Origin: Schmidtea polychroa
Lineage: Eukaryota
Length of the DNA: 64,000 nt
Direction of reading: 5' to 3'
Assembly: GCA_044892525.1 (NCBI GenBank)
Contig: CM097888.1
Location: 36,704,001 to 36,768,000, forward strand
The translations under genes were made by a program, and so were the position numbers. How positions within the stretch are numbered: the first letter of the stretch is position 1; the number at the start of each line of letters is the position of its first letter. This document shows positions 34,850 through 46,339 of this stretch, piece by piece. Below the pieces are notes generated by a model. It saw nothing but the letters and a program-made list of their open reading frames with translations, had not been told where the DNA came from and did not search any database.

Positions 34850-35345
34850 GAATACCTGTAATTAATTTATATGCACTAAGGACAAAATTATTACTAACAA
34901 TTAAGTTATGTATAATCGAGGATTTAATGATAATGATAATAATAATGGTGATAATAATAATAATAATAGTAATGATAATGATAGCAATAATAATCATAAT
35001 AATAATAGTAATAATAATACTAATCATAGNNNNNNNNNNNNNNNNNNNNNNNNNNNNNNNNNNNNNNNNNNNNNNNNNNNNNNNNNNNNNNNNNNNNNNN
35101 NNNNNNNNNNNNNNNNNNNNNNNNNNNNNNNNNNNNNNNNNNNNNNNNNNNNNNNNNNNNNNNNNNNNNNNNNNNNNNNNNNNNNNNNNNNNNNNNNNNN
35201 NNNNNNNNNNNNNNNNNNNNNNNNNNNNNNNNNNNNNNNNNNNNNNNNNNNNNNNNNNNNNNNNNNNNNNNNNNNNNNNNNNNNNNNNNNNNNNNNNNNN
35301 NNNNATAATAACAATAATATTAGGGTTAATAATAATAATAATAGT
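34775..35345. repeat. (AT)n and degenerate (AAT)n microsatellites flanking an assembly gap
   Basis: (AT)n about 34775-34848; AAT-type repeats 34925-35029 and 35305-35345. Confidence 0.95.
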
Positions 35346-37790
35346 AGTATAATTTTATATGGTACAATTCGAAGTTTATATTTCCCATTTTAGAGGTTCC
35401 TATTCTATGATTTGGAAAGTTACTTTTTGGAATTTATAAATTTCCGTTTCTAATTTGGAATTTTTTTTATTTTCCAATTTACAAATTTATTCTTTGTAAT
35501 TTCTAATTATATATATTATAGTTTGTAATTTAATGATTTATGACTTTATATTTTATATTTTATAGTTTTATATTTTATAATTTATAATTTTATGTTTTAC
35601 AATTTAGGGGTTTAGATTTTATAATTTATAGTTATAATTTTCGTAGTTTATAATTTTATAGTTAATAATTCACGATTTTAGGTTTTATACTTTAGGATTT
35701 TATATTTCATGATTTATAATTTTATACTTTGCAATTGATGAATTTCTAATCAGCTTTACATGACTTTTTATGAGTTACTTTTGCGAGATCATCCCAGTTT
35801 TTCCAAAATGTTTTCAGGTTTGTTGGTAGCTATTCATAAACTATACTCCTGAGGTTCCACATTTATGTATAATTAGAAAAAAAAATTCCTGTACACAAAA
35901 TCTATAATTCCTAATCGGGATTTTCCACTAATGATTTACATCAATATAAATATCTCTAAGATCTTATAAATATTTCTAAAATTGTAACTAAGTATTTATA
36001 CATTTATGAATATTTCAAAGCGGGAATTGGATTTAAACTACCTACATTTACTTTGAATTAGCCTATCTAGATTAAGTTATACCTGTACGTATGCCGAATA
36101 TCTCTCTTGGTTCTATTACTTTATCAAAGATTCTTATTACAAAATCTAGTTCGGCATATGTCTAAGTATAATTGAAATTACCATTATGGATCAACTGGCT
36201 ACATTAATGTGAGTGCAAAATTGTGTAATTTTAGGTACGAGTTCTACTCAAATTAGAACCTTAGTGTAGAGTTATTGTTCATGATTTTAAATGTTGAATT
36301 TAAATATGTGGTGCATAGAAGGTCGGGAAGAATATTGCTTCCATGGCCCCACTGTGACCACTTCCACAAACCTTAGTGTTGAGTCAACCATTTACGGTCG
36401 ACCTTACATAAATACAAAGAGTCAGGCGGAGGGTTTCCTCGACCTAACTCCATGGCAGGACCATGAAGTAGTTCGACCTCCGGCTGACCCGAACAAAAAA
36501 GGGGTTTTATAGATAATAATAATGCATGTATGCATGAGAAATAGAATTTAAGAATCATATGCAGGACCGATCAGAGACGTACTCGGACGCCGCTGATCCG
36601 TCGGGAATTACTAAAGCATAAAATCTTAATAATATTTTTAATGAACAAAAGGTTGATATTAACATGATTACATAACATAAAATTACATCAAATCAAAAGG
36701 CTTACTAATAATTTTCCAGAAAATTCTTCAGCAAAATATTGGCATAAAAGTGATGATTGTGACTGAAACGTGTCAGTATATATACCTATTTAGTACACGT
36801 GTATGTATTGATGCATTAAAACAAACTCGAATTCTTTTTATTCCAGAATTTTCTATTTTGCGATTTTACTATTTTTAATGGCAATTTTTGTGCCATAATT
36901 TTTGTTTTTATTTTTAAATTTTTATTTTTTAATTATTTTTCGTTAATTTGACATCCATGATGGATTTGGAACGGTTCCAGAACATTCCATGTTAATTTTA
37001 ATTTTATTTTTATTTTAACTGATGTTTTATGAATTTCTTTTTAAGATTTTTTATTTTTAATACTAATTTATTTATTTTCTCTAACTTTTATTGTTCTAAC
37101 TGGCTTTTGTGATGGTCATCGCCATTTTTATGGAATGTTCTGGGTTTTCTGGAAATCTTTACTGTTTTTACTGTTTTTAAGTTATTCGAGTCTGTTTTTT
37201 GTAACTCTGTGTTTATTTGGTTATTTTTGAGTTAGATTTTTGCATCACTTCTTGCTTTTGTATAATTTTATTTAATTTCTTTGTTTATGTTTTTGTTGCT
37301 TTCTCCTTTAGTTAATATTGTTTATTTGGTGTAGTTTTTAATATTTAACTATACTTTTTGCTTTTTGCATGCTGTGTACTTACACATTTCAGTCATAATT
37401 AGAAGTTTGGGTCTAGAAATCAGTTCTAGCCCAACAATATGCTTTGGCAATTTTTCTTTTTATTCTTTTGGTGTAAGTGTTTCTTTTTTTCTTATTTAAG
37501 TCTATAATAAAGATTGCCTTAATTTTTATTAAAAATTGATTTTTATAGGTAAATTTTAAGTAAAATAATGCCTTAAATTTTTAACATAACCTAAAATTTT
37601 ATTATAAATCGCAGAATTGCTCGAAAATATTGCTTTTAAAAAATAAAAAAGAAACGATATATAAATTAATTTTATTATTTTTGACATCATACAAAATTTT
37701 AATGGTGAAATTTCTTTCTTACAAGATAAATGCCTTAAAAAATTAACATTTACAGTCTATTTTTGTACCCTAAATATCGCATACTACGTA

Positions 37791-37880
37791 TTACTAAAGC
37801 TAAAAGAATAGAATTTGAAAGACATAAAAGATAACTTATCGTAGCCAACACTAAAAATCGACTTTTGATGAGAAATTTTG
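37791..37880 (+). pseudogene. second Polinton remnant, 3' half of the basic QxGG protein gene
   Basis: ttactaaagctaaaagaatagaatttgaaagacataaaaga matches 3511-3550 (TKAKR..ERHKR). Confidence 0.8.
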
Positions 37881-38066
37881 TTTTAATTTATTATTATGTG
37901 ATATTTTTAAAGCTTGTTTTAATCGACTATTATATAATCAATTTTAAGATTTTTATAAGATTTTTTGATACCTATATAGTTGAAATTAAATTCTCCTTTT
38001 AATGGAATATAATTGTATGTATTTAAAAATTCTTAAATTGGTAAGGGGGTTTCATTCAACAAATAT

Positions 38067-39788
38067 GGTTCCATGACAAGTGTGCACAAGACAAATGCGC
38101 ACAAAAGAATAATAATAAAAATATGGATTTGCAGCAAATAGTTTTATAATAATAATGCATTTATATTAATAATTAAATAATAAATATGTGCAAATAAAAT
38201 TTTTATTTATTGCATATATAATTGAAAAACTCCAAAAATTGACAGACCACCACTCACTTCTTCCGTATTGTAAATTAGTCATTCGCCTCAAATATTTCAG
38301 CTTGTCCGGTTCTTCTTGATACCCCTGTACAATAATAGCTACTTGTTCATGTAGGGCTTCATATTTTCTTCGCTTCACCTCTGATTGCTCCATTCTAGCT
38401 TTTTCCAAAGTGTGCTTGTGGCATGCAAGATCCCTTTCGATGCTTTCAAGCAAAATCCAAATACTTGGATGGCTGTAATGGAAGATTGGGTTCAAAGTAT
38501 TGTGAAAACCTTCACAGCTATTAGTGGTTTGGGGGAACTTTCAACTGTAGCTTCATAATGATTCCAAATTCTGATGGGAAATTGTGGATCCCTTCCAAAT
38601 GCACCTTCGATATATGTTTAGAAAAAGTATGTAGGAAGTTCATTGAACTTTTCATCATCCGGAAATTTATCTGCTAGTGTACCAAGAACTGGTCTTACGT
38701 CAATTTCTGTCACAAAAACCAATGCAGCGAGTAATTTGATCTTTAGCTTAAGGTCGAAGTCTGCTTCGTATTGAATTTTCAGGTCAATACTATTTACTTT
38801 CTAATTATGCTTTTGATTAACTTTGATTACCGTAAATTTGAAAAAACAACGTTGGCTGCACTAATGCAGGCCTTTTCAACTTTACGTGGAGCCAGGCCTG
38901 GGATCAGATCCTTCAACAATTGCAACATTTTTATGTACGTTGGTAGATTTTTTCTTTGCAAAAGAAAATACACACACGAAGTATCTGAATTACCAACTTT
39001 AGTTTGCCAGGTATACAGTTGAATAAACATCGTGAGAACTTTATGAAATGTGCCATCTCCATATATAGTTTTCTTATTCAATGCCTGAAGTAAATGCTTT
39101 TCCCCAATTGCTAAAATATCCGGGTCATCTTCTCCGGAATCACTTAGTATTAGGTGTGCATACTTTTCAGGAATAGAAAAATCACACGTGGTGTGGTACG
39201 GAAGATGCCAATCTTTCTTGTGACTCTAATCACTTTAATCACAATGTTGCTTTGGCTTTGAGGAATCATGCAAATGAGGTGTTTGTACAACATTATTTCC
39301 ATCTGTTATGGCAATAGCCTTGCAGTTGAAGGATTTTAATTGTCCGCATCTCCATGTTACTATACCAGTCCTCTTGTTTTCTCTGTATCTATTATATTCA
39401 AACCCAAGATATGTCATCACTATATTTCTTCTCTGGTTCTTTGAATATCCCGTTGTAGTAATGAATAAATATTATAGGACTCTAAAATTTCCAAAACTTA
39501 AAGTTATAATGATAATATTCTTTTAAAATACCTTTATTTAACAATTTTACACTGCAAAAACAAAATTTGCGCTTTTCAAGAAAATCTAATCAATTTATTT
39601 AAACAACAGAATTTGTCTTTGTAATTTACCCGATAAAATATTAATGAATTTAAAAAAAACAATAAAAAACATATAACCTAATCTAGTTTATGCGCATTTG
39701 TCTATGTGAGCATTTGTCATCGTGCGCAATTGTCACTGGGCGAATTTATCTTGTGCGCTATTGTTTTGTGCGTACTTATCTGACCACC
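38067..39788 (-). mobile_element. MULE/Mutator element (1722 bp) with decayed FLYWCH-MULE transposase
   Basis: Imperfect TIRs with gcgcaca repeats; 9-bp TSD AACAAATAT/AACAAAAAT; YLGFEY..WRC..C..H, YGDGTF..QLYT..VYFLL..K, HPSIW. Confidence 0.88.
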
Positions 39789-39959
39789 AACAAAAATTCA
39801 GGAGAATCGGGGATTCCCGTTGGACTGGAGTGCACATTATTATCTAGTCTTCAAACTAGATTTCCGAAGGATAGACTGGTTTTGTCTCAATTTCCGTGAA
39901 ACCACATATAGGCAGAATTTAATTCACCTCAAGATGGTTTGAATATAAATTTTAAATTT

Positions 39960-40400
39960 TTTGAAGTGTGAGCTACACACATGTTTACTTGTATAATTTG
40001 CACTTCTTACCTGGTAAAAATATTTTAAAAACGTATAGATAAAATTTGGTTCTCTATAATATGGCTTCATCCGAAATGTAAAATATCGTATTGTGTGTTA
40101 CACATAAGTTTGGTGTAAAAGTATTTTTGTTGAGTTTCCATAGTATAGATAAAAATAATTCTATAGTTTTCTAAAAGATTCATGATTATAATTTTTAAAT
40201 GTTGTTTTGTGTGTTACACACATGTCTTGTTTTGAATCTTTCCATTTTTCATCTAGTAAAATTAATTTATTTAGTTTGTACTGTATATATGTATATAAGA
40301 AATTTATTTCTCTACAAATTCGTATAATCAAAATTTAAAATATTGAATTATGTGTGCTACTCACAGATGTTCTGTTAAAAAAATCTAGTTGAAATAATTT
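39960..40400. repeat. degenerate ~120-140 bp repeat with palindromic core
   Basis: Four TGTGTG(T/C)TACACACA-like cores near 39967, 40093, 40209 and 40352. Confidence 0.55.
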
Positions 40401-40742
40401 TATTTAGTTTATAATGTAACAATGTATATATGAAATTTAATACTCAATAAATTGGTTTAATCTAGAACGGCAAATGGTTGTAATAATTTATCATTTTGTT
40501 GAAATTCATTTTTTCTCATTTACTTAAATATTTTTTTACTTTGTTGCTATATTTTCATTCTTTTGTTACAATTTGATAATTTATCCATAACATTGTTGAA
40601 TTTACTGAAATATATTATTACTTTGTTGTAATTTAATGAAAGATTTCACAATTTTTGTAATATTTTATTTTTATTTCCAATACGCTGTGAACTCATGAAG
40701 GCTAATAATTGTACACCCACCGATACACATTTGCAAATTTAT

Positions 40743-42080
40743 TTAAATCAACGAATAAACAGTGCATATCAAATTGTCAATTAAAACAGAAATATTTTGA
40801 TTGGTTTCGCCAAATCTTTCACGTAGTTCTTCCAAATGAACTTCTAGAATATTACGATAATATTCTTCTGTGTCTGTATCCTTGGCTGCACCCCTCCAAA
40901 TGACATCAACATAATAATGGCATAAGTTATCGAAGTAACCGCACACCAGGCTTAAGTCAAGCCCACCAAAATCGAATAAATCTGTCACATTATTTACATT
41001 TAAAATTTCTTTTGAATAGTCCCTCTGAAATCCTATTTCTATTTGAAAAAAATCGCGCAAATCGCACTGAATATCTAGGTCAAGTCTTTGATACTTCAAG
41101 TCATCAAACACTGACAATATCAGTCCTAAAATTTTTTTCATTGATAATAAAACTTTTGTAACTATTTTGGAAAGAATTTCTGAATTTTTCTCCTGTGAAA
41201 TTTCAAAAGATTCCATTTTACTGATTTTTGATTGGTCGGTTTCAGATTTTTCTTCAACTTTTATTGATTTATTGTTTGCGTCAGAAATTACTGCCATAAT
41301 TTCCATTCGATAATTGGATAATAATGGGAACAAATATTCGACGTGCTTAAATCCATTGTAAAAAAGAGAACTTATTAGGCTTATTGTCATTTCTATTGAT
41401 TCAATGTAGAAAATATATAAATTATTCATATTCTCTGATTTTTTTGATAGGTCAGATAAATCTTGTTTCAGCTCTTCCCAGGTAATTGATTGGTTAGCAT
41501 AATTTTTCATGCTGAGTTCCGCTAATTTGATAATGGAGTTCATCGTGCGACAGCAATTTTCTTTTTCTTCAACTTGATATCGAATCTGGTCCACTACATA
41601 ATTCCCAATATCATCATAGACATAATCTCGACTAAATTCATTAACTATCAAAAATCTTTTAAATGATTTAGAAACTCCCTTAATCTTTTCTGAAAAATCT
41701 TTAAATTCTAATTCTGATATTTCTCTATTCATTGGTTGAAAAGTTGACGAAATATTTTTCAAATGGATTGAATTGGCTCGGAAAACTTTAACAAGCTCTT
41801 TCATCTCACCTAAATATGATAGAAGGTAATTTACACAATTTTCATCGCTTTCTAGAGTTGACATGAGATAGAACTCTACTCCCGTTATCAAATTTTCTGC
41901 ATTTTCTGTCAAATATTTCAGAGATGTTACTGATTTTCGGTCAATTGGACAGGTATGATTATTGAGTATCATTTCCTTTGTACAATTGCGACAAAACGAA
42001 TGTCCGCAACATTCAAATATTATCCTCGACTCATCTGTTATTGGATCATAGCATATTAAACATTCTTCATCAATTCCCAT
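40743..42080 (-). CDS. intronless RING (C3HC4) protein with helical/coiled-coil body (445 aa)
   Basis: CLIC..CCGHSFCRNC..CPID at the N-terminus; uninterrupted ORF. Confidence 0.85.
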   Translation of the reverse strand: MGIDEECLICYDPITDESRIIFECCGHSFCRNCTKEMILNNHTCPIDRKSVTSLKYLTENAENLITGVEFYLMSTLESDENCVNYLLSYLGEMKELVKVFRANSIHLKNISSTFQPMNREISELEFKDFSEKIKGVSKSFKRFLIVNEFSRDYVYDDIGNYVVDQIRYQVEEKENCCRTMNSIIKLAELSMKNYANQSITWEELKQDLSDLSKKSENMNNLYIFYIESIEMTISLISSLFYNGFKHVEYLFPLLSNYRMEIMAVISDANNKSIKVEEKSETDQSKISKMESFEISQEKNSEILSKIVTKVLLSMKKILGLILSVFDDLKYQRLDLDIQCDLRDFFQIEIGFQRDYSKEILNVNNVTDLFDFGGLDLSLVCGYFDNLCHYYVDVIWRGAAKDTDTEEYYRNILEVHLEELRERFGETNQNISVLIDNLICTVYSLI

Positions 42081-42718
42081 TGGTATTTATTTCTAGATTT
42101 AATAAAATTAGCTAATTTAGCTAATTAAATAAATGAATAATAATTATTTTCAAATATTTATCATTAATTTTATTGGTTAAATTTATTCCAATCTTAATGA
42201 AAATTTTGAAATTTTTCAAGAAATTTGAATTATTAATATCAATAAGTTTCATATAGAAATCCCAGATATATTTTATATAATTACATTTATTTTTATTTTA
42301 AATATAGATTTTTAGAATTTTTTAAAAAGTATATTTTATAAATATTTTTATTGTTTTAATGGAAATACACTTTATACACTTTAAAATTTAAAATTGGATA
42401 TTTATTTTTTATGTTAACATCAAAAAAATAAGTATAATGTCATTAAAAGTTATACTATATTTACGGTAAATATATTTTTTTTGGAAAAATAAAGAACATC
42501 GAAGAAAAAAAAAGTACCTTATAAAATCCATAAATTTATAACATTTTTTTCAAAAATAGCAGTGAAATAAAGGACTTAAATAATCGATGTGTGGTTACCG
42601 TAACTATATTATAAAATATTAATGGTTTTTTTGTAAATATCTCATTTCCAAATAATGATTTCTATTATTTCCATTTGACAAACTTCAGTGTTTTAATCAA
42701 AAAGTAAGTACTTACATG

Positions 42719-44239
42719 CAGCGCCGGCTCTAGCATTAGTAGCGCCCCGATGCGAAACTCATTTTAGACGCCCATTTATTTTATTGGTTTTTTGGAATTA
42801 ACGTAATTTAATTGGCAATATTAAATTTGTAATAAAAACATTAAAAAATTAATAATAATTCTTTTCCAAGTGAAATACAGGTTTTATTTTGTTTATATAT
42901 TTTTTTATTTTATTGAAACAATATTATAATATACAAAAATTACATAACATACATATATTTTGTATAAAAATTGACAAAACTATTATTCTAGATATTTACT
43001 TTTCTAGCTTTTAAACTGGCAAATTCATCAATTAAATTATGTATATCTAATTTGTCGCATATATCACTTTCAATCGATATCATTGCTAAACCAACTAATC
43101 TTTCTTGTGAAATTGTTGATCTTAAATAATTTTTAATTAGTTTAAGCTTCGAAAAAGATCGTTCTCCGCTAGCAACTGAACCTGGTAAAGTTAAAGATAT
43201 TTTAATAGCAATTACAAAATTGGGAAAAATGGAATCCAGTAGATTTTTATATATATATTGCAAGATGTTTAGTGGGTTTTCAAAGTCTTTCAAAAATTCC
43301 TTTGCTATTTTTATTTCATTAAATAATTCTGTTGCAGATATATCTTTTTTCTCGCCATCGGTTAGCATTATTTCTAAATCAGAACAATGTTTTTTTAATG
43401 TATTATCATCCATTTTGTTAATTTCTTTTATATTATGTATAAATTCAAATTTTTCACTATATTTTGTGAAAAGATTAAACCTTTCTTTTAAAGAATTGAT
43501 AGTAATATCTAAAATTGGCAGAAAAAATGATATTTTATATTTAAGTATCGGATCAACTGGCGTTTCGTCTACAGATTCATAACCAAAAATTTTTTTCTTT
43601 CTTCTTCGTAACGTATTATCTTTGAATTTCGCAGGTATTTCTAAATCAGCTGCTATATTTTCTGCCGTTTGAAGAATAAGACTAAAATTTTCATCGGATC
43701 TATATTCTTCAATAAATTTAATAAGACTATTTAACGCAACTGAAGAAACATTTAAGTTTTGATTTGGATTTTGGAGCAGTTTACTAACAACGTTAACTTT
43801 ACTTAAAACATCGTACCAAATAACCACTGAACATATAAATTCATACTCTTTTATTTTGAAAGCCACAGCCTTAGCTTCATGCTTTGTATTATTATCTATT
43901 TCTAGGTTTTCATAAATGTCAACTAAAGCATCTAAAATTTCAGCTATTTCAAACCTAAGTGGTTATATATAGCAGGCCGTTTCAAAATAAATTTATGCAT
44001 GTATAATTTATTTTGTTTTGCGAAATAATTAAACAATTCTTAAACACTTCGAAAACTAGTAGGCCAGTAGTTTTTCAAGGAAATTTTATTTAAAAATAAA
44101 AATTCTTATTAAAATAAAATTTGTTAATGGTTTTTTTGTTAAATATTAAAAAGAAACTAAAATTCTAAATTGTTTAGCGCCCTTTCCGAGAGGCGCCCCG
44201 ATGCTTTGCATCCACCGCTTCCAACTAAAGCCGGCCCTG
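42719..44239 (-). mobile_element. non-autonomous hAT (ZMYM1-like, 1521 bp) retaining the transposase C-terminus
   Basis: TIR CAG(C/G)GCCGGCT(C/T)TAG; perfect 8-bp TSD CTTACATG; ORF 42988-43866 with SVASGERSFSKLKLIKNYLRSTISQERL. Confidence 0.93.
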
Positions 44240-44649
44240 CTTACATGCACTCTTTGCATGAAATAAAAACTTTATAATATACAAAAAAATCAATAAACTG
44301 ATATTAACAAAACACTCAACTTTATGTTTGTTAAATTTAATATTGCCTGAAATAATAATTTTATATACACCAAATTCCAATGAGATATAACTTCTAAAAT
44401 ATACCGTGTTAAATTTGATAAAAACTGCATATAAAATATATATGAACTCACCTGTGTGATAGGCATTCATAAACAGTTGCACCTGCCAATTCGAAAAAGG
44501 GTAGAAAAAATTAATGAATCATACATACACAGTAATTTGCTGTATTTGGTTCTCGGTGAAGACATTTCAATAGACCAAACTAACAAAAAAAATTTGTATA
44601 CTATTTGGCTCACAAAACTCATTGTTGTGAGTTGGTCCTTCTTGACTAA

Positions 44650-44880
44650 TGATGGATTTTCTTTAATTCTTTTAACAACTTGTTGGTGGTTTTCGTTACG
44701 AACATTGAAACCGTTTACTTAAATAAAAAGATCGTTTGTTAACAGTCCAGCTTGGAATGCTGGACAGTTCGCTTCGACGTTGCCGATAAATTGACCTGGT
44801 TTATTGGCTTTAAAACGGAAATTAAATCCATAGCCTTCTATTCCAGATTTGATAGAGTAAGCAGGATCAGGTTGTCTAGT
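44650..44880 (-). pseudogene. NHERF-type PDZ domain fragment (part 3 of chimera)
   Basis: GYGFNF..KPGQFIGNVEANCPAFQAGLLTND..*VNGFNVRNENHQQVVKRIK. Confidence 0.8.
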
Positions 44881-45202
44881 GCTATCAAATAAATGTAATT
44901 TCGAAAAGGTTCCGATTAACAGGCCATTCGGATTAAAAAATACTGACGAATTGAAAATTTTATTCGACCTAAGTTCGGGAATGTATTCACCAACTATCCA
45001 AATGGCGCATTCTTTAAACGCTTTAGACAGCATTTGACAAGTTTCTCCATTGTGAATATTTTCACTTTGTTGCATACGATCTTCCAAACGGATAGTTGAA
45101 GTATTCTGGTAATCAGATTAATTTAATTTTCGATTCAACTTTAGACAGATTATAATCTTCGCGAGAAGAAACGATATTTTGAATTAAAGCTACTTTAAGC
45201 AT
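44881..45202 (-). pseudogene. NIT2: omega-amidase/nitrilase N-terminal fragment (part 2 of chimera)
   Basis: MLKVALIQ..NLSK..KLI*LPEYFNYPFG..GETCQMLS..IPE..IFNSSVFFNPNGLLIGTFSKLHLFD; one stop and one frameshift. Confidence 0.8.
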
Positions 45203-45421
45203 TTTAGATTCATTAACAAGATTTAAAAAACTACGTGCATATTTAGTTCTAGCAGATTTATAAATTAATGATGATTCGACGGAAAGTTTGCCTTCGACTA
45301 AATTATTGATCGGAACAAGAATTGCATTACATTGTAATTTATAAATATCTCCAGACCAAAATCCAATTTTTCTGTTACTATCGGGTAGAAATAAATCGCC
45401 AGCATAATTGGTATTGAACAA
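45203..45421 (-). pseudogene. macrodomain N-terminal fragment, GDAP2-like (part 1 of chimera)
   Basis: KIGFWSGDIYKLQCNAIL..NN..SVESSLIYKSA resembles the macro GDI..L..DAIVN motif. Confidence 0.65.
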
Positions 45422-46339
45422 AAATTCTATAAGTAATACTAATAAAGGAATGAAAACAAAGCCTTTTCAGATTTTCATGCTACATTTAAATTATAATTAA
45501 TATACATAACAAATATCGAATATTTAAACAACTTTTTTTTTATAAAAATTAAAAAGTTTTTTCCTTCAAATGATTTCTGATTAAATCACTACACTCTTCC
45601 CTGAAGTGATGACTCCTTTTTAATAGAGGGTAAGTAAGGATTTAAGATATTACGCGTCATACCTTTAGGAATGACTCATGGTCTCTTTTCTACATTGCGT
45701 CAAAGTGGTCATGTCAAAAATATCGATGACTCGACATTTTTATAACAGAAAAATAAGTTTTTAAGGGTGTTTGTATGAAGTGTTTTTATGAAAAAGTTTG
45801 TAATAATTAAAATAAATATTTAACTTAGAATAAGGTATGAATAAATTAACTTATCAAACTTTTATTTAACAAATATATTAAAATAAAAAACCTTTGTTAG
45901 CCAATGATTCGTCAATTACAATAATAGTTTAATGATATTCCAGAGATAGATAAGTCAAACCATCGTTACCCCTCAACCAGCCTAAAACTATTTCATTCAG
46001 TGAAGCTCAATTTCGGGAATTACTAGATGAGCTCGGAGTTCAAATTCTCAACCTAACTCATTCAAATTATAACCCTAATTTTGGGAAACAAGATTTTCAT
46101 TCTTTATATACTAAATAATTTTTAAATTTTAAATTTTTGGAGTGCTTTCCTAAAGGAGAATAAATAGAAAATTCAACTTCTTACTATGAACAAAAAAACG
46201 GTTGTTTGAATTTGTTAATATAATTTATTCATTTATGTAAATATTCAATATTAATTTAAATTGATTATTTAAAGTTTAAAATTGATTTCAAATGAAGAAA
46301 CATTGCTTGTGCCCCAGACTCAACTAAAGGGAGGTGAAA

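Larger units (their letters stand above)
32311..37436. mobile_element. 5.1 kb TG...CA element with 4-bp TSD (giant solo LTR or integrase-mobilised non-autonomous element)
   Basis: Ends TGGTGGG...CCCAACA; TSD ATAT at 32307-32310 and 37437-37440; interrupts the pogo transposase N-terminus; no RT/integrase recognised; contains an N-gap so length is approximate. Confidence 0.8.
30256..37788 (-). mobile_element. pogo/Tigger-type element with nested insertions
   Basis: TA|CAGTAGTGTGAAAAATTTAGGCCAC left end; degenerate right end gtaccctaaatatcgcatactacg|TA; removing it rejoins the Polinton ORF (NVH-ITKAKR). Confidence 0.85.

Noticed and set aside
34710-35027. Ile/Tyr-rich and Asn-rich ORFs
   Set aside because: Translations of (AT)n and (AAT)n microsatellites
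43220-43582. Antisense ORFs over transposase/gag/pol (also 48386-48658, 49833-50024, 31925-32335, 5024-5206, 5794-6066)
   Set aside because: Opposite-strand or alternate-frame shadows of recognised TE genes
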